From NCBI RefSeq assembly GCF_004010195.1, contig NC_057755.1:4586859-4649062 (forward strand): a stretch of DNA of 62,204 bases. The letters are read 5' to 3'. This DNA comes from Chiloscyllium plagiosum. Its lineage: Eukaryota. Below the pieces are notes generated by a model. The model worked only from the letters and a program-made list of their open reading frames with translations, was not told where the DNA came from and ran no database searches. Below, one piece after another: positions 34,265 to 47,524 of the stretch; the first letter of the stretch is position 1; every line of letters starts with the position of its first letter. A program made the translations under genes and the position numbers.

Positions 34265-34800
34265 AGTCAGAGATATGTACAGCACGGAAACAGGCCCTTC
34301 GGCCCAACCCGTCCATGCTGACCCAGATATTCCAACCCAATCGAGTCCCACCTGCCAGCACCCGGCCCATATCCCTCCAAACCCTTCCTATTCATATACC
34401 CATCCAAATGCCTCTTAAATGTTGCAATTGTACCAGCCTCCACCACTTCCTCNNNNNNNNNNNNNNNNNNNNNNNNNNNNNNNNNNNNNNNNNNNNNNNN
34501 NNNNNNNNNNNNNNNNNNNNNNNNNNNNNNNNNNNNNNNNNNNNNNNNNNNNNNNNNNNNNNNNNNNNNNNNNNNNNNNNNNNNNNNNNNNNNNNNNNNN
34601 NNNNNNNNNNNNNNNNNNNNNNNNNNNNNNNNNNNNNNNNNNNNNNNNNNNNNNNNNNNNNNNNNNNNNNNNNNNNNNNNNNNNNNNNNNNNNNNNNNNN
34701 NNNNNNNNNNNNNNNNNNNNNNNNNNNNNNNNNNNNCTTCACTATCCTATCCACCTGCAACTCCACTTTCAAGGAGCTATGAACCTGCACTCCAAGGTCT
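34265..34800 (-). mobile_element. CR1 LINE fragment spanning gap 34453-34736
   Basis: 3' UTR before the gap and DLGVQVHSSLKVELQVDRIVK after it. Confidence 0.85.
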
Positions 34801-35072
34801 TGGCCCAACAAGTCCACACCGACCCTCCGAACAGCAACCCACCCAGACCCATTCCCCTGCATTTGCCCCTTTACCTAACACTATGGGCAATTTAGCACGG
34901 CCAATCCACCTAACCTGCACATTCTTGGACTGAGGGAGGAAACCGGAGCACCCGGAGGAAACCCACGCAGACACGGGGAGAACGTGCAAACCCCACACAG
35001 ACGGTTGCCCGAATTGAACCCGGGTCCCAGGCGCTGTGAGGCAGCAGTGCTAAATACTGGGCCACCGTGCGG
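34801..35072 (-). mobile_element. V-domain SINE (HE1-like)
   Basis: tRNA head, V-domain and tail all recognisable. Confidence 0.9.
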
Positions 35073-35910
35073 CCCCTGGATAGGATAAATAGACAAAGTC
35101 TTTTCCTTGAGGGTGAGGGCGTCCAGAACTTGAGGGCATAGGTTTAGTGTGAGAGGGGAAAGATACAAAAGAGACCTAAGGGGCAACGTCTTCATGCAGA
35201 GTGCGGTATGTGAATGGAATGAGCTGTCAGAGGGAGTGGTGGAGGCTGGTACAGCAGTGCTAAGCACTGAGCCACCGTGCTGGAGTGGACCTAGGTGTCC
35301 CAACATTTAAAAGGCATCAAGATGGATAAAGGAATAGGACGGGTTCATTCTTCGAGCTTCTCTGCATGAGTTTCTGATGATTCCACCTTTCAGAGGAGGG
35401 ACCCCAGACAATCCCTCCGCTCAACCAAGACTTCCTTGCCAATGTGGCCGATGGAGGTATTCGAACCATCTCCTGGACTCTGGCCCTCCCACAACAGTGA
35501 CAGTGCTCCCTCGGTCCTCACCCTCACCCACCCCGCCAGCACCAACATCCCAAAGAACATCAGCTGCCATTCCCATCTACCCCCCCCCCCGCCACCTCCC
35601 GACATATCGGATCCGAGGAAGGGTGACTGGAGTCAAAACAAACTCTGTTTTCCCTCTGCTGCCAAGCCTACTGAGCTTCTCCAACTGCTTCTGTTTTTGT
35701 GACACCTTCCTCTGCCCCCTCTCGTCCACATGGCTTGGGTGCTGTTCCCACTGGGACACCTAGGTCCACTCCAGCACGGTGGCTCAGTGCTTAGCACTGC
35801 TGCCTTATGGCACCAGGGACCTAAGGGGTAATATGTTCACCCAGAGGGTGGTACGTGTATGGAATGAGCTGCCAGAGGAAGTGGTGGGGGCTGGTACAAT
35901 GACAGCATTT

Positions 35911-35916
<6 letters not shown>

Positions 35917-35944
<28 letters not shown>

Positions 35945-38900
35945 CAGAGAGAGAGAGAACAAGTAGAGAGAGAGAGAACGAGTAGAGAGAGAGAGAGAGC
36001 GAGCAGAAGAGAGAGAGCGAGGGAGAAGAGAGAGAGCGAGGGAGCAGAGAGAGAGAGAGAGCAGAGAGAGCGAGCGAGCAGAGAGAGCGAGCGAGCAGAG
36101 AGAGAGCGAGCGAGCAGAGAGAGAGCGAGCGAGCAGAGAGAGAGCGAGCGAGCAGAGAGAGAGCGAGCGAGCAGAGAGAGAGCGAGCGAGCAGAGAGAGA
36201 GCGAGCGAGCAGAGAGAGAGCGAGCGAGCAGAGAGAGAGCGAGCGAGCAGAGAGAGAGCGAGCGAGCAGAGAGAGAGCGAGCGAGCAGAGAGAGAGCGAG
36301 CGAGCAGAGAGAGAGCGAGCGAGCAGAGAGAGAGCGAGCGAGCAGAGAGAGAGCGAGCGAGCAGAGAGAGAGCGAGCGAGCAGAGAGAGAGCGAGCGAGC
36401 AGAGAGAGAGCGAGCGAGCAGAGAGAGAGCGAGCGAGCAGAGAGAGAGCGAGCGAGCAGAGAGAGAGCGAGCGAGCAGAGAGAGAGCGAGCGAGCAGAGA
36501 GAGAGCGAGCGAGCAGAGAGAGAGCGAGCGAGCAGAGAGAGAGCGAGCGAGCAGAGAGAGAGCGAGCGAGCAGAGAGAGAGCGAGCGAGCAGAGAGAGAG
36601 CGAGCGAGCAGAGAGAGAGCGAGCGAGCAGAGAGAGAGCGAGCGAGCAGAGAGAGAGCGAGCGAGCAGAGAGAGAGCGAGCGAGCAGAGAGAGAGCGAGC
36701 GAGCAGAGAGAGAGCGAGCGAGCAGAGAGAGAGCGAGCGAGCAGAGAGAGAGCGAGCGAGCAGAGAGAGAGCGAGCGAGCAGAGAGAGAGCGAGCGAGCA
36801 GAGAGAGAGCGAGCGAGCAGAGAGAGAGCGAGCGAGCAGAGAGAGAGCGAGCGAGCAGAGAGAGAGCGAGCGAGCAGAGAGAGAGCGAGCGAGCAGAGAG
36901 AGAGCGAGCGAGCAGAGAGAGAGCGAGCGAGCAGAGAGAGAGCGAGCGAGCAGAGAGAGAGCGAGCGAGCAGAGAGAGAGCGAGCGAGCAGAGAGAGAGC
37001 GAGCGAGCAGAGAGAGAGCGAGCGAGCAGAGAGAGAGCGAGCGAGCAGAGAGAGAGCGAGCGAGCAGAGAGAGAGCGAGCGAGCAGAGAGAGAGCGAGCG
37101 AGCAGAGAGAGAGCGAGCGAGCAGAGAGAGAGCGAGCGAGCAGAGAGAGAGCGAGCGAGCAGAGAGAGAGCGAGCGAGCAGAGAGAGAGCGAGCGAGCAG
37201 AGAGAGAGCGAGCGAGCAGAGAGAGAGCGAGCGAGCAGAGAGAGAGCGAGCGAGCAGAGAGAGAGCGAGCGAGCAGAGAGAGAGCGAGCGAGCAGAGAGA
37301 GAGCGAGCGAGCAGAGAGAGAGCGAGCGAGCAGAGAGAGAGCGAGCGAGCAGAGAGAGAGCGAGCGAGCAGAGAGAGAGCGAGCGAGCAGAGAGAGAGCG
37401 AGCGAGCAGAGAGAGAGCGAGCGAGCAGAGAGAGAGCGAGCGAGCAGAGAGAGAGCGAGCGAGCAGAGAGAGAGCGAGCGAGCAGAGAGAGAGCGAGCGA
37501 GCAGAGAGAGAGCGAGCGAGCAGAGAGAGAGCGAGCGAGCAGAGAGAGAGCGAGCGAGCAGAGAGAGAGCGAGCGAGCAGAGAGAGAGCGAGCGAGCAGA
37601 GAGAGAGCGAGCGAGCAGAGAGAGAGCGAGCGAGCAGAGAGAGAGCGAGCGAGCAGAGAGAGAGCGAGCGAGCAGAGAGAGAGCGAGCGAGCAGAGAGAG
37701 AGCGAGCGAGCAGAGAGAGAGCGAGCGAGCAGAGAGAGAGCGAGCGAGCAGAGAGAGAGCGAGCGAGCAGAGAGAGAGCGAGCGAGCAGAGAGAGAGCGA
37801 GCGAGCAGAGAGAGAGCGAGCGAGCAGAGAGAGAGCGAGCGAGCAGAGAGAGAGCGAGCGAGCAGAGAGAGAGCGAGCGAGCAGAGAGAGAGCGAGCGAG
37901 CAGAGAGAGAGCGAGCGAGCAGAGAGAGAGCGAGCGAGCAGAGAGAGAGCGAGCGAGCAGAGAGAGAGCGAGCGAGCAGAGAGAGAGCGAGCGAGCAGAG
38001 AGAGAGCGAGCGAGCAGAGAGAGAGCGAGCGAGCAGAGAGAGAGCGAGCGAGCAGAGAGAGAGCGAGCGAGCAGAGAGAGAGCGAGCGAGCAGAGAGAGA
38101 GCGAGCGAGCAGAGAGAGAGCGAGCGAGCAGAGAGAGAGCGAGCGAGCAGAGAGAGAGCGAGCGAGCAGAGAGAGAGCGAGCGAGCAGAGAGAGAGCGAG
38201 CGAGCAGAGAGAGAGCGAGCGAGCAGAGAGAGAGCGAGCGAGCAGAGAGAGAGCGAGCGAGCAGAGAGAGAGCGAGCGAGCAGAGAGAGAGCGAGCGAGC
38301 AGAGAGAGAGCGAGCGAGCAGAGAGAGAGCGAGCGAGCAGAGAGAGAGCGAGCGAGCAGAGAGAGAGCGAGCGAGCAGAGAGAGAGCGAGCGAGCAGAGA
38401 GAGAGCGAGCGAGCAGAGAGAGAGCGAGCGAGCAGAGAGAGAGCGAGCGAGCAGAGAGAGAGCGAGCGAGCAGAGAGAGAGCGAGCGAGCAGAGAGAGAG
38501 CGAGCGAGCAGAGAGAGAGCGAGCGAGCAGAGAGAGAGCGAGCGAGCAGAGAGAGAGCGAGCGAGCAGAGAGAGAGCGAGCGAGCAGAGAGAGAGCGAGC
38601 GAGCAGAGAGAGAGCGAGCGAGCAGAGAGAGAGCGAGCGAGCAGAGAGAGAGCGAGCGAGCAGAGAGAGAGCGAGCGAGCAGAGAGAGAGCGAGCGAGCA
38701 GAGAGAGAGCGAGCGAGCAGAGAGAGAGCGAGCGAGCAGAGAGAGAGCGAGCGAGCAGAGAGAGAGCGAGCGAGCAGAGAGAGAGCGAGCGAGCAGAGAG
38801 AGAGCGAGCGAGCAGAGAGAGAGCGAGCGAGCAGAGAGAGAGCGAGCGAGCAGAGAGAGAGCGAGCGAGCAGAGAGAGAGCGAGCGAGCAGAGAGAGAGC

Positions 38901-41900
38901 GAGCGAGCAGAGAGAGAGCGAGCGAGCAGAGAGAGAGCGAGCGAGCAGAGAGAGAGCGAGCGAGCAGAGAGAGAGCGAGCGAGCAGAGAGAGAGCGAGCG
39001 AGCAGAGAGAGAGCGAGCGAGCAGAGAGAGAGCGAGCGAGCAGAGAGAGAGCGAGCGAGCAGAGAGAGAGCGAGCGAGCAGAGAGAGAGCGAGCGAGCAG
39101 AGAGAGAGCGAGCGAGCAGAGAGAGAGCGAGCGAGCAGAGAGAGAGCGAGCGAGCAGAGAGAGAGCGAGCGAGCAGAGAGAGAGCGAGCGAGCAGAGAGA
39201 GAGCGAGCGAGCAGAGAGAGAGCGAGCGAGCAGAGAGAGAGCGAGCGAGCAGAGAGAGAGCGAGCGAGCAGAGAGAGAGCGAGCGAGCAGAGAGAGAGCG
39301 AGCGAGCAGAGAGAGAGCGAGCGAGCAGAGAGAGAGCGAGCGAGCAGAGAGAGAGCGAGCGAGCAGAGAGAGAGCGAGCGAGCAGAGAGAGAGCGAGCGA
39401 GCAGAGAGAGAGCGAGCGAGCAGAGAGAGAGCGAGCGAGCAGAGAGAGAGCGAGCGAGCAGAGAGAGAGCGAGCGAGCAGAGAGAGAGCGAGCGAGCAGA
39501 GAGAGAGCGAGCGAGCAGAGAGAGAGCGAGCGAGCAGAGAGAGAGCGAGCGAGCAGAGAGAGAGCGAGCGAGCAGAGAGAGAGCGAGCGAGCAGAGAGAG
39601 AGCGAGCGAGCAGAGAGAGAGCGAGCGAGCAGAGAGAGAGCGAGCGAGCAGAGAGAGAGCGAGCGAGCAGAGAGAGAGCGAGCGAGCAGAGAGAGAGCGA
39701 GCGAGCAGAGAGAGAGCGAGCGAGCAGAGAGAGAGCGAGCGAGCAGAGAGAGAGCGAGCGAGCAGAGAGAGAGCGAGCGAGCAGAGAGAGAGCGAGCGAG
39801 CAGAGAGAGAGCGAGCGAGCAGAGAGAGAGCGAGCGAGCAGAGAGAGAGCGAGCGAGCAGAGAGAGAGCGAGCGAGCAGAGAGAGAGCGAGCGAGCAGAG
39901 AGAGAGCGAGCGAGCAGAGAGAGAGCGAGCGAGCAGAGAGAGAGCGAGCGAGCAGAGAGAGAGCGAGCGAGCAGAGAGAGAGCGAGCGAGCAGAGAGAGA
40001 GCGAGCGAGCAGAGAGAGAGCGAGCGAGCAGAGAGAGAGCGAGCGAGCAGAGAGAGAGCGAGCGAGCAGAGAGAGAGCGAGCGAGCAGAGAGAGAGCGAG
40101 CGAGCAGAGAGAGAGCGAGCGAGCAGAGAGAGAGCGAGCGAGCAGAGAGAGAGCGAGCGAGCAGAGAGAGAGCGAGCGAGCAGAGAGAGAGCGAGCGAGC
40201 AGAGAGAGAGCGAGCGAGCAGAGAGAGAGCGAGCGAGCAGAGAGAGAGCGAGCGAGCAGAGAGAGAGCGAGCGAGCAGAGAGAGAGCGAGCGAGCAGAGA
40301 GAGAGCGAGCGAGCAGAGAGAGAGCGAGCGAGCAGAGAGAGAGCGAGCGAGCAGAGAGAGAGCGAGCGAGCAGAGAGAGAGCGAGCGAGCAGAGAGAGAG
40401 CGAGCGAGCAGAGAGAGAGCGAGCGAGCAGAGAGAGAGCGAGCGAGCAGAGAGAGAGCGAGCGAGCAGAGAGAGAGCGAGCGAGCAGAGAGAGAGCGAGC
40501 GAGCAGAGAGAGAGCGAGCGAGCAGAGAGAGAGCGAGCGAGCAGAGAGAGAGCGAGCGAGCAGAGAGAGAGCGAGCGAGCAGAGAGAGAGCGAGCGAGCA
40601 GAGAGAGAGCGAGCGAGCAGAGAGAGAGCGAGCGAGCAGAGAGAGAGCGAGCGAGCAGAGAGAGAGCGAGCGAGCAGAGAGAGAGCGAGCGAGCAGAGAG
40701 AGAGCGAGCGAGCAGAGAGAGAGCGAGCGAGCAGAGAGAGAGCGAGCGAGCAGAGAGAGAGCGAGCGAGCAGAGAGAGAGCGAGCGAGCAGAGAGAGAGC
40801 GAGCGAGCAGAGAGAGAGCGAGCGAGCAGAGAGAGAGCGAGCGAGCAGAGAGAGAGCGAGCGAGCAGAGAGAGAGCGAGCGAGCAGAGAGAGAGCGAGCG
40901 AGCAGAGAGAGAGCGAGCGAGCAGAGAGAGAGCGAGCGAGCAGAGAGAGAGCGAGCGAGCAGAGAGAGAGCGAGCGAGCAGAGAGAGAGCGAGCGAGCAG
41001 AGAGAGAGCGAGCGAGCAGAGAGAGAGCGAGCGAGCAGAGAGAGAGCGAGCGAGCAGAGAGAGAGCGAGCGAGCAGAGAGAGAGCGAGCGAGCAGAGAGA
41101 GAGCGAGCGAGCAGAGAGAGAGCGAGCGAGCAGAGAGAGAGCGAGCGAGCAGAGAGAGAGCGAGCGAGCAGAGAGAGAGCGAGCGAGCAGAGAGAGAGCG
41201 AGCGAGCAGAGAGAGAGCGAGCGAGCAGAGAGAGAGCGAGCGAGCAGAGAGAGAGCGAGCGAGCAGAGAGAGAGCGAGCGAGCAGAGAGAGAGCGAGCGA
41301 GCAGAGAGAGAGCGAGCGAGCAGAGAGAGAGCGAGCGAGCAGAGAGAGAGCGAGCGAGCAGAGAGAGAGCGAGCGAGCAGAGAGAGAGCGAGCGAGCAGA
41401 GAGAGAGCGAGCGAGCAGAGAGAGAGCGAGCGAGCAGAGAGAGAGCGAGCGAGCAGAGAGAGAGCGAGCGAGCAGAGAGAGAGCGAGCGAGCAGAGAGAG
41501 AGCGAGCGAGCAGAGAGAGAGCGAGCGAGCAGAGAGAGAGCGAGCGAGCAGAGAGAGAGCGAGCGAGCAGAGAGAGAGCGAGCGAGCAGAGAGAGAGCGA
41601 GCGAGCAGAGAGAGAGCGAGCGAGCAGAGAGAGAGCGAGCGAGCAGAGAGAGAGCGAGCGAGCAGAGAGAGAGCGAGCGAGCAGAGAGAGAGCGAGCGAG
41701 CAGAGAGAGAGCGAGCGAGCAGAGAGAGAGCGAGCGAGCAGAGAGAGAGCGAGCGAGCAGAGAGAGAGCGAGCGAGCAGAGAGAGAGCGAGCGAGCAGAG
41801 AGAGAGCGAGCGAGCAGAGAGAGAGCGAGCGAGCAGAGAGAGAGCGAGCGAGCAGAGAGAGAGCGAGCGAGCAGAGAGAGAGCGAGCGAGCAGAGAGAGA

Positions 41901-42948
41901 GCGAGCGAGCAGAGAGAGAGCGAGCGAGCAGAGAGAGAGCGAGCGAGCAGAGAGAGAGCGAGCGAGCAGAGAGAGAGCGAGCGAGCAGAGAGAGAGCGAG
42001 CGAGCAGAGAGAGAGCGAGCGAGCAGAGAGAGAGCGAGCGAGCAGAGAGAGAGCGAGCGAGCAGAGAGAGAGCGAGCGAGCAGAGAGAGAGCGAGCGAGC
42101 AGAGAGAGAGCGAGCGAGCAGAGAGAGAGCGAGCGAGCAGAGAGAGAGCGAGCGAGCAGAGAGAGAGCGAGCGAGCAGAGAGAGAGCGAGCGAGCAGAGA
42201 GAGAGCGAGCGAGCAGAGAGAGAGCGAGCGAGCAGAGAGAGAGCGAGCGAGCAGAGAGAGAGCGAGCGAGCAGAGAGAGAGCGAGCGAGCAGAGAGAGAG
42301 CGAGCGAGCAGAGAGAGAGCGAGCGAGCAGAGAGAGAGCGAGCGAGCAGAGAGAGAGCGAGCGAGCAGAGAGAGAGCGAGCGAGCAGAGAGAGAGCGAGC
42401 GAGCAGAGAGAGAGCGAGCGAGCAGAGAGAGAGCGAGCGAGCAGAGAGAGAGCGAGCGAGCAGAGAGAGAGCGAGCGAGCAGAGAGAGAGCGAGCGAGCA
42501 GAGAGAGAGCGAGCGAGCAGAGAGAGAGCGAGCGAGCAGAGAGAGAGCGAGCGAGCAGAGAGAGAGCGAGCGAGCAGAGAGAGAGCGAGCGAGCAGAGAG
42601 AGAGCGAGCGAGCAGAGAGAGAGCGAGCGAGCAGAGAGAGAGCGAGCGAGCAGAGAGAGAGCGAGCGAGCAGAGAGAGAGCGAGCGAGCAGAGAGAGAGC
42701 GAGCGAGCAGAGAGAGAGCGAGCGAGCAGAGAGAGAGCGAGCGAGCAGAGAGAGAGCGAGCGAGCAGAGAGAGAGCGAGCGAGCAGAGAGAGAGCGAGCG
42801 AGCAGAGAGAGAGCGAGCGAGCAGAGAGAGAGCGAGCGAGCAGAGAGAGAGCGAGCGAGCAGAGAGAGCAGAGAGAGCGAGAGCGAGCAGAGAGAGAGAG
42901 CAGAGAGAGCGAGAGAGAGAGCGAGCAGAGAGAGAGAGCGAGCGAGAA
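35917..42948. repeat. ~7 kb tandem repeat with a 19-bp unit (GCGAGCGAGCAGAGAGAGA), ~355 essentially identical copies and degenerate GA edges
   Basis: The line pattern recurs every 19 lines of 60 nt; no T on the plus strand in the core. Confidence 0.98.
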
Positions 42949-43664
42949 AGTAAGGGAGTGAGGGAGTGAGCTGCTGCTCAGTGCTGCAGCTGGTTCAGAT
43001 TTGAAGTAGTTGGGCAGAATGGGGAAACAACTCTCCTGTTTATCAGCTCATCTCCCGGCCGGGGCGAGGAAGTTCCCATTGTGGAATGTCGTTTTCAGAC
43101 TTGCTCGTCATTTCCCTCCTTTCAAATTTTCAAAGCTCCGCCAAACCGAAGGAGGAGGAGGGGGAGACGCAGAGAGCTGGAGATTGTGGGGGGTCCGAAG
43201 CAGCTGAAGGTATGGCTCACAAGACCAGAGGGTGTAGGGGTAACATTAGGCTATCCCAGCCATTCGATCATAACGGAGAACCCAGCTCTCCTGCCTTCGC
43301 CCCCCCCTCACCCTCGATCCCCCTAACCAAACAACAACCTCTCTCTGCCTTAAAGACTTGGCTTTTACAGCCTTTGGGGCAATGAATTCTACAGATTCCC
43401 CAGCCTCTCCTCAGCGTTGTGCCTTCACTGTGAGCCAGAGGCCTAGTCTCTACTCCTGCTGTCAACATCTTTTCCATGTCCATTCACGAAGACTCCAACA
43501 GAAGGCCACCTCACCTCACCATCCCCACCTCCCAACCAAATCCTTCCAAACGCCACTGGGTACAGACCCAGAGTCCTCAAATGGGAGCATTCGTGTGAAA
43601 CCCAAACGCCAGCATAGCTTTCTTCCACATGGGGACCAAAGCCTGCTCAACAGTATTCCAAATG

Positions 43665-43900
43665 TGGCCATGGGGAATTGTCCCATAGTGCCCAGGGATG
43701 TGCAGGTTAGGGTGGGATTGGCCGTGGGGAATTGTCCCATAGTGCCCAGGGATGGGCAGGGTCAGGGTGGATTAGTTAGGTGTAAACGTTGAGTAATGGG
43801 GTAGGGGGAATGGGTCTGGGTGGGTTACTCTCCGGAGTGTTGGTGTAGACGTGTTGGGCTGGAGGGTGTGTTTCCACGTTGTAGGGAATCTGTGATTCTA
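43665..43900 (+). mobile_element. SINE 3' part with two 53-bp units
   Basis: Reverse complement of the unit seen at 56321. Confidence 0.8.
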
Positions 43901-44748
43901 TCTTTGCGCCATCGGCACACATCGTCACAATGCCGTCACGGAGATTAAAATGAGGGAGGGGAAGCTGGGACGGAGCGATAACATTGCCTGAAGGCAGCAA
44001 AGGAACAGCAAGGGCTTAGGGAGTGGGTAGGACAAGATGGCGATGGGGGGGGGAAGGTGTGCTTTGCTTGGAGCTTCCGAGAGGAGAGTCAGGCAGCAGA
44101 AAAGACGGACGTGCGGATGCCGAAACAGAAACAGAGCGGTCCAAGTGACGGTGCTGATTCGGGACAGGGTCAGGCGAAACCCAGGTTTGTGACGATCTCA
44201 GCGTCCAGGCAGGCAGGGGATTGGTGCAGGGAGCTCGAGAAGTCAGCTTGGGGTCAGGCACCAAGAACGGCGCCCATTTCACGGCAGCAAACCTCTGCTC
44301 CCTAGCGCTGGGTGCTGGGGACGCGCAGGCCGATGACCTGCGGACGTACCCGTGAAAACTAAAGCCACGCTCCTGGACGACAGCGCCCTGCAGAGGTGCG
44401 AGGGCTCCACTCAAGCGTACAATCAAAGCGAGGGGGAAGCGGTCAGCGGCACAGACGTTAGGGCTAGGACGGGAGAGCAGAGTCAAGGTGCAAGGGGTTA
44501 CCAAGGCCTGGCTCCAAGGGGAAGACTGGCCTCACGTGGCTCCTATTCTGAACACTGTCACCAGGGACGCAAGTCTTCTGGGCGGTGGGGGGGGGGGCTA
44601 TGGACAGGGTGGATGGGCTGCATGGCCTGTGCACGCCCTGGGTACACGCCGAGATGGCCCCTCGAGGGCTCAGCAGCAGAGCAGGCAATATGGCGCTGTT
44701 ACCCAACTGGGACTCAGCGTGATTTCGAAAGCAAGCAGGCTCTCTCAC

Positions 44749-44868
44749 CTCCTCACTGTCCAACAAGAGGCTGTCTTGCTTCTCTGGGCTGTTCAGGACT
44801 TCTTTGAGTTGCTCCTGGCTCAGCCCCTTCAGCTTGTTCATCAGAGACACCGACTGGACAGGCTCCAT
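44749..44868 (-). CDS. VPS37B/C-like ESCRT-I subunit, first coding exon (MEPVQSVSLMNKLKGLSQEQLKEVLNSPEKQDSLLLDSEE)
   Basis: Acceptor gttcctttcag| at 44875, ATG 7 nt later, donor GAG|gtgaga, phase 0. Resembles the Mod_r N-terminus (L..LS..QL.ELL...E..D.L.L.S.E). Strand conflicts with the downstream exons. Confidence 0.75.
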
Positions 44869-46639
44869 CGGGGATCTGAAAGGAACAGGGAACAGGGTGA
44901 AGATCGCCACAGCACACGAGCCCATCTGCTCCCTCTGGGCTATTAGCTGCTAAGCTCAGGGACCGGAGGTTGGTCTGTCTCCCTCACTCGCCAAACCCGG
45001 TTCGAATCATTCACAGGACGAGGATGTCATTGGCCAGGCCAGCTTTTACTGCCCGTCCCTCATTGCCCCAGAGGGCTGTTGAGTGTCTGCCCCATTGCTG
45101 TGGGTCTGGAGTCACATGGAGGCCCAGACCAGGTAAGGATGGCACTTTAGTGAACCAGGTGGGGGTTTTTTCCAGCAATCGACAACGACTGACCTTTGAC
45201 GCCTAATCCCAGATGCTTATTAAGTTCAAATTCCACCATCTGCCATGTGGCAGGATTTGAACACGGATCCCAACAACATTACAGTCGAACGATAATACCA
45301 CCAGGCCACTGCCTCCTTGCTAAAGTTTATTCAAGTCGGCTGAGGGAATCCCTTACGGACTTGACTTGTAAACCTCTCTGAGTTCATCCTGGAGATTGTA
45401 CTCTGTGGTAATCTGGAATGTGAATCTCTTACAGACAGTTTAGTTTAAATTATTACCTTGGTTTACAATGGCATCAATGTTACACTATAACATCGGTACC
45501 GACAAGCCAGGCTTGAGCTAAGGTTCTAAAGCCATTAGCGGTGTAGTGGTGCCAGCTCTTATCCCGAAGAGCTCTCTCGGGCTACTCCCCGAACTGCTGC
45601 ACACACGCTGTCTTTGTACAGAAATTGGTATTAACATTACAAAAACACCACATGCCCTTAATCAGATTAGCAGCAATAAAACAGCAAAAGTTTGTAGTGC
45701 AAGAGAAACTCGTTGCTAGGTCTGTACACGCTTGATTAGTTAAGCTACATGCACATCAAACTGGGAAACCCTGCCTAAGCCAGGCCCCAAATGCCTTGAC
45801 TAGATAAACTCCCTTTTAACAGTACATCATAACGAGAGACAAGCCTGAACTGTGTGGAAAAGGTCATCAGGTATCTTCGCTCAGCTAACATGCCTAGTAC
45901 CACTATACTACAAAACGGCTTTTTTTTTCAAAATCACCTTAGATTCCCCAGCGTGCAAATTAAATTCACGACATTCCCAGATCTCGAGCTCCAGGGAAGA
46001 ACACACAAACATTCACTCCATGACAAGCCAGTGTTCACTCAAGTCAGACCACAAAGCGTTAACCTTGCCACCAACCTCCACCCTCTCTCTCTCTCTCTCT
46101 CTCTCTCTGCCCCTTGAACTTTTAGGTCAGCGAATGTAATTTATTGAAGAATGTTTTCAGAGACACACAGATTCCAACTTCCTTACTACGTCAGTCTCAG
46201 CCTGTGTGTTTTCTCTCCTATCCTGTAATGGTCAAGATTAGGGAGCTGACCCTCCCAAGTTCATATCTGGCCCACATGAAAATGGACCAGGATTGCGTGC
46301 ATATTCCACTCAGCTTATTAAATTACAAGCTCTTGTCCTATTGAGTATCAGTTTGTTTTTTGTTTAAAAAGAAAAGGGTCTTCAATATAAACCAGAAATT
46401 CAGTTATCCAACATCCAACTGTAAAATACTTGCAGCTTCCAGCTCTTGGGGTCAAAAGGACGTACTGCCACACATTCCACAAGTGAACATCACCTTATTT
46501 ACATCTATCCATTGACAGTAAGATCAGACATCCTTAAAACTTCTGAACAAATAGCAACCCCCCCCCAACCTCCCCCCCCACCACAGCAAGCACTTTCCTA
46601 CATATCCTGTTTAGTTCAAGTATCTAGCTGATGTATTGA

Positions 46640-46790
46640 GTGAGCAAAAGCCCTTCATCAGGTCATTCCTGAAGAAGGGCTTTTGCCCGAAACGTCGATT
46701 TTCCTGCTCCTCGGATGCTGCCTGACCCGCTGTGCTTTTCCAGAACCACTCTGATCTTGACTCTAACCTCCAGCGTCTGCAGGACCCACT
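46640..46790 (+). mobile_element. Penelope-derived short element with a hammerhead-like core (46669-46698)
   Basis: CTGAAGA A GGGC tttt GCCC GAAA CGTC GA, preceded by a partial inverted copy. Confidence 0.75.
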
Positions 46791-47524
46791 TCCGCCCTGT
46801 GTAGCGGACGTGTCAAACCTCAGGCGACAAACTTCCTCGTCTGGAGTCACAAACCCAAGCTTCACTTACCACAGCCAAACAACTGCCCTCTCCCCCCCCC
46901 GCCCCCCCCACTGCTGGCTGGGAGAGGGGGTTGGGGGAATGTCTCCCCTCCCCGGAGAGTCTAGGACCAGAGGGAACGAAGGAGCACCAAGTTAAGACTG
47001 AGATGAAGAGGAATGATCTCTCTCGGAGGGGTTAATTGACTTTGGGACTGCTTGCGACAGAACGCCCTTCTGTCATATCTCAGGCTGAAACAGATACGAT
47101 CCGTGCTTCGTTGGGGATTCAAGAGTTGTGGGGAAAGGGCAGGAAAGCAGACGTAAGGAATGTCAGATCAGGCACGGGTTGAATGGTGGAGAATGTAAGA
47201 ACAAGGAGCAGGTGGTGATGGTCCAGTCCCTCCAGCCTGCTCTGCCATTCAATACGATCATGGCTGGTCTTCTCATGGCCTCAGCTCCACTCACCCACCC
47301 TCTCACTGGACCTTGTACTGTTCAAAGGTACAACCCTCTGGGTGAGGATGAAGGGCTGTCCCTCTTTTTTCTGACCTCATTTAGGGTCTTCCTGGTATGG
47401 GAGGGGAGGGGAGAAAAGGGGGGCAAGTCCAACAGAACAGCACCTTGTGGACCAACACAAACAGCACACTCTACCCACCCTGACGCAGTGCAAGACTCGG
47501 CCTAACGGACAGAGGTTTGCTCCA

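Noticed and set aside
43268..43483. MDMEKMLTAG... as the missing VPS37 exon
   Set aside because: It matches a decayed CR1 3' region and lacks the NRSLAE-type motif and suitable splice sites.
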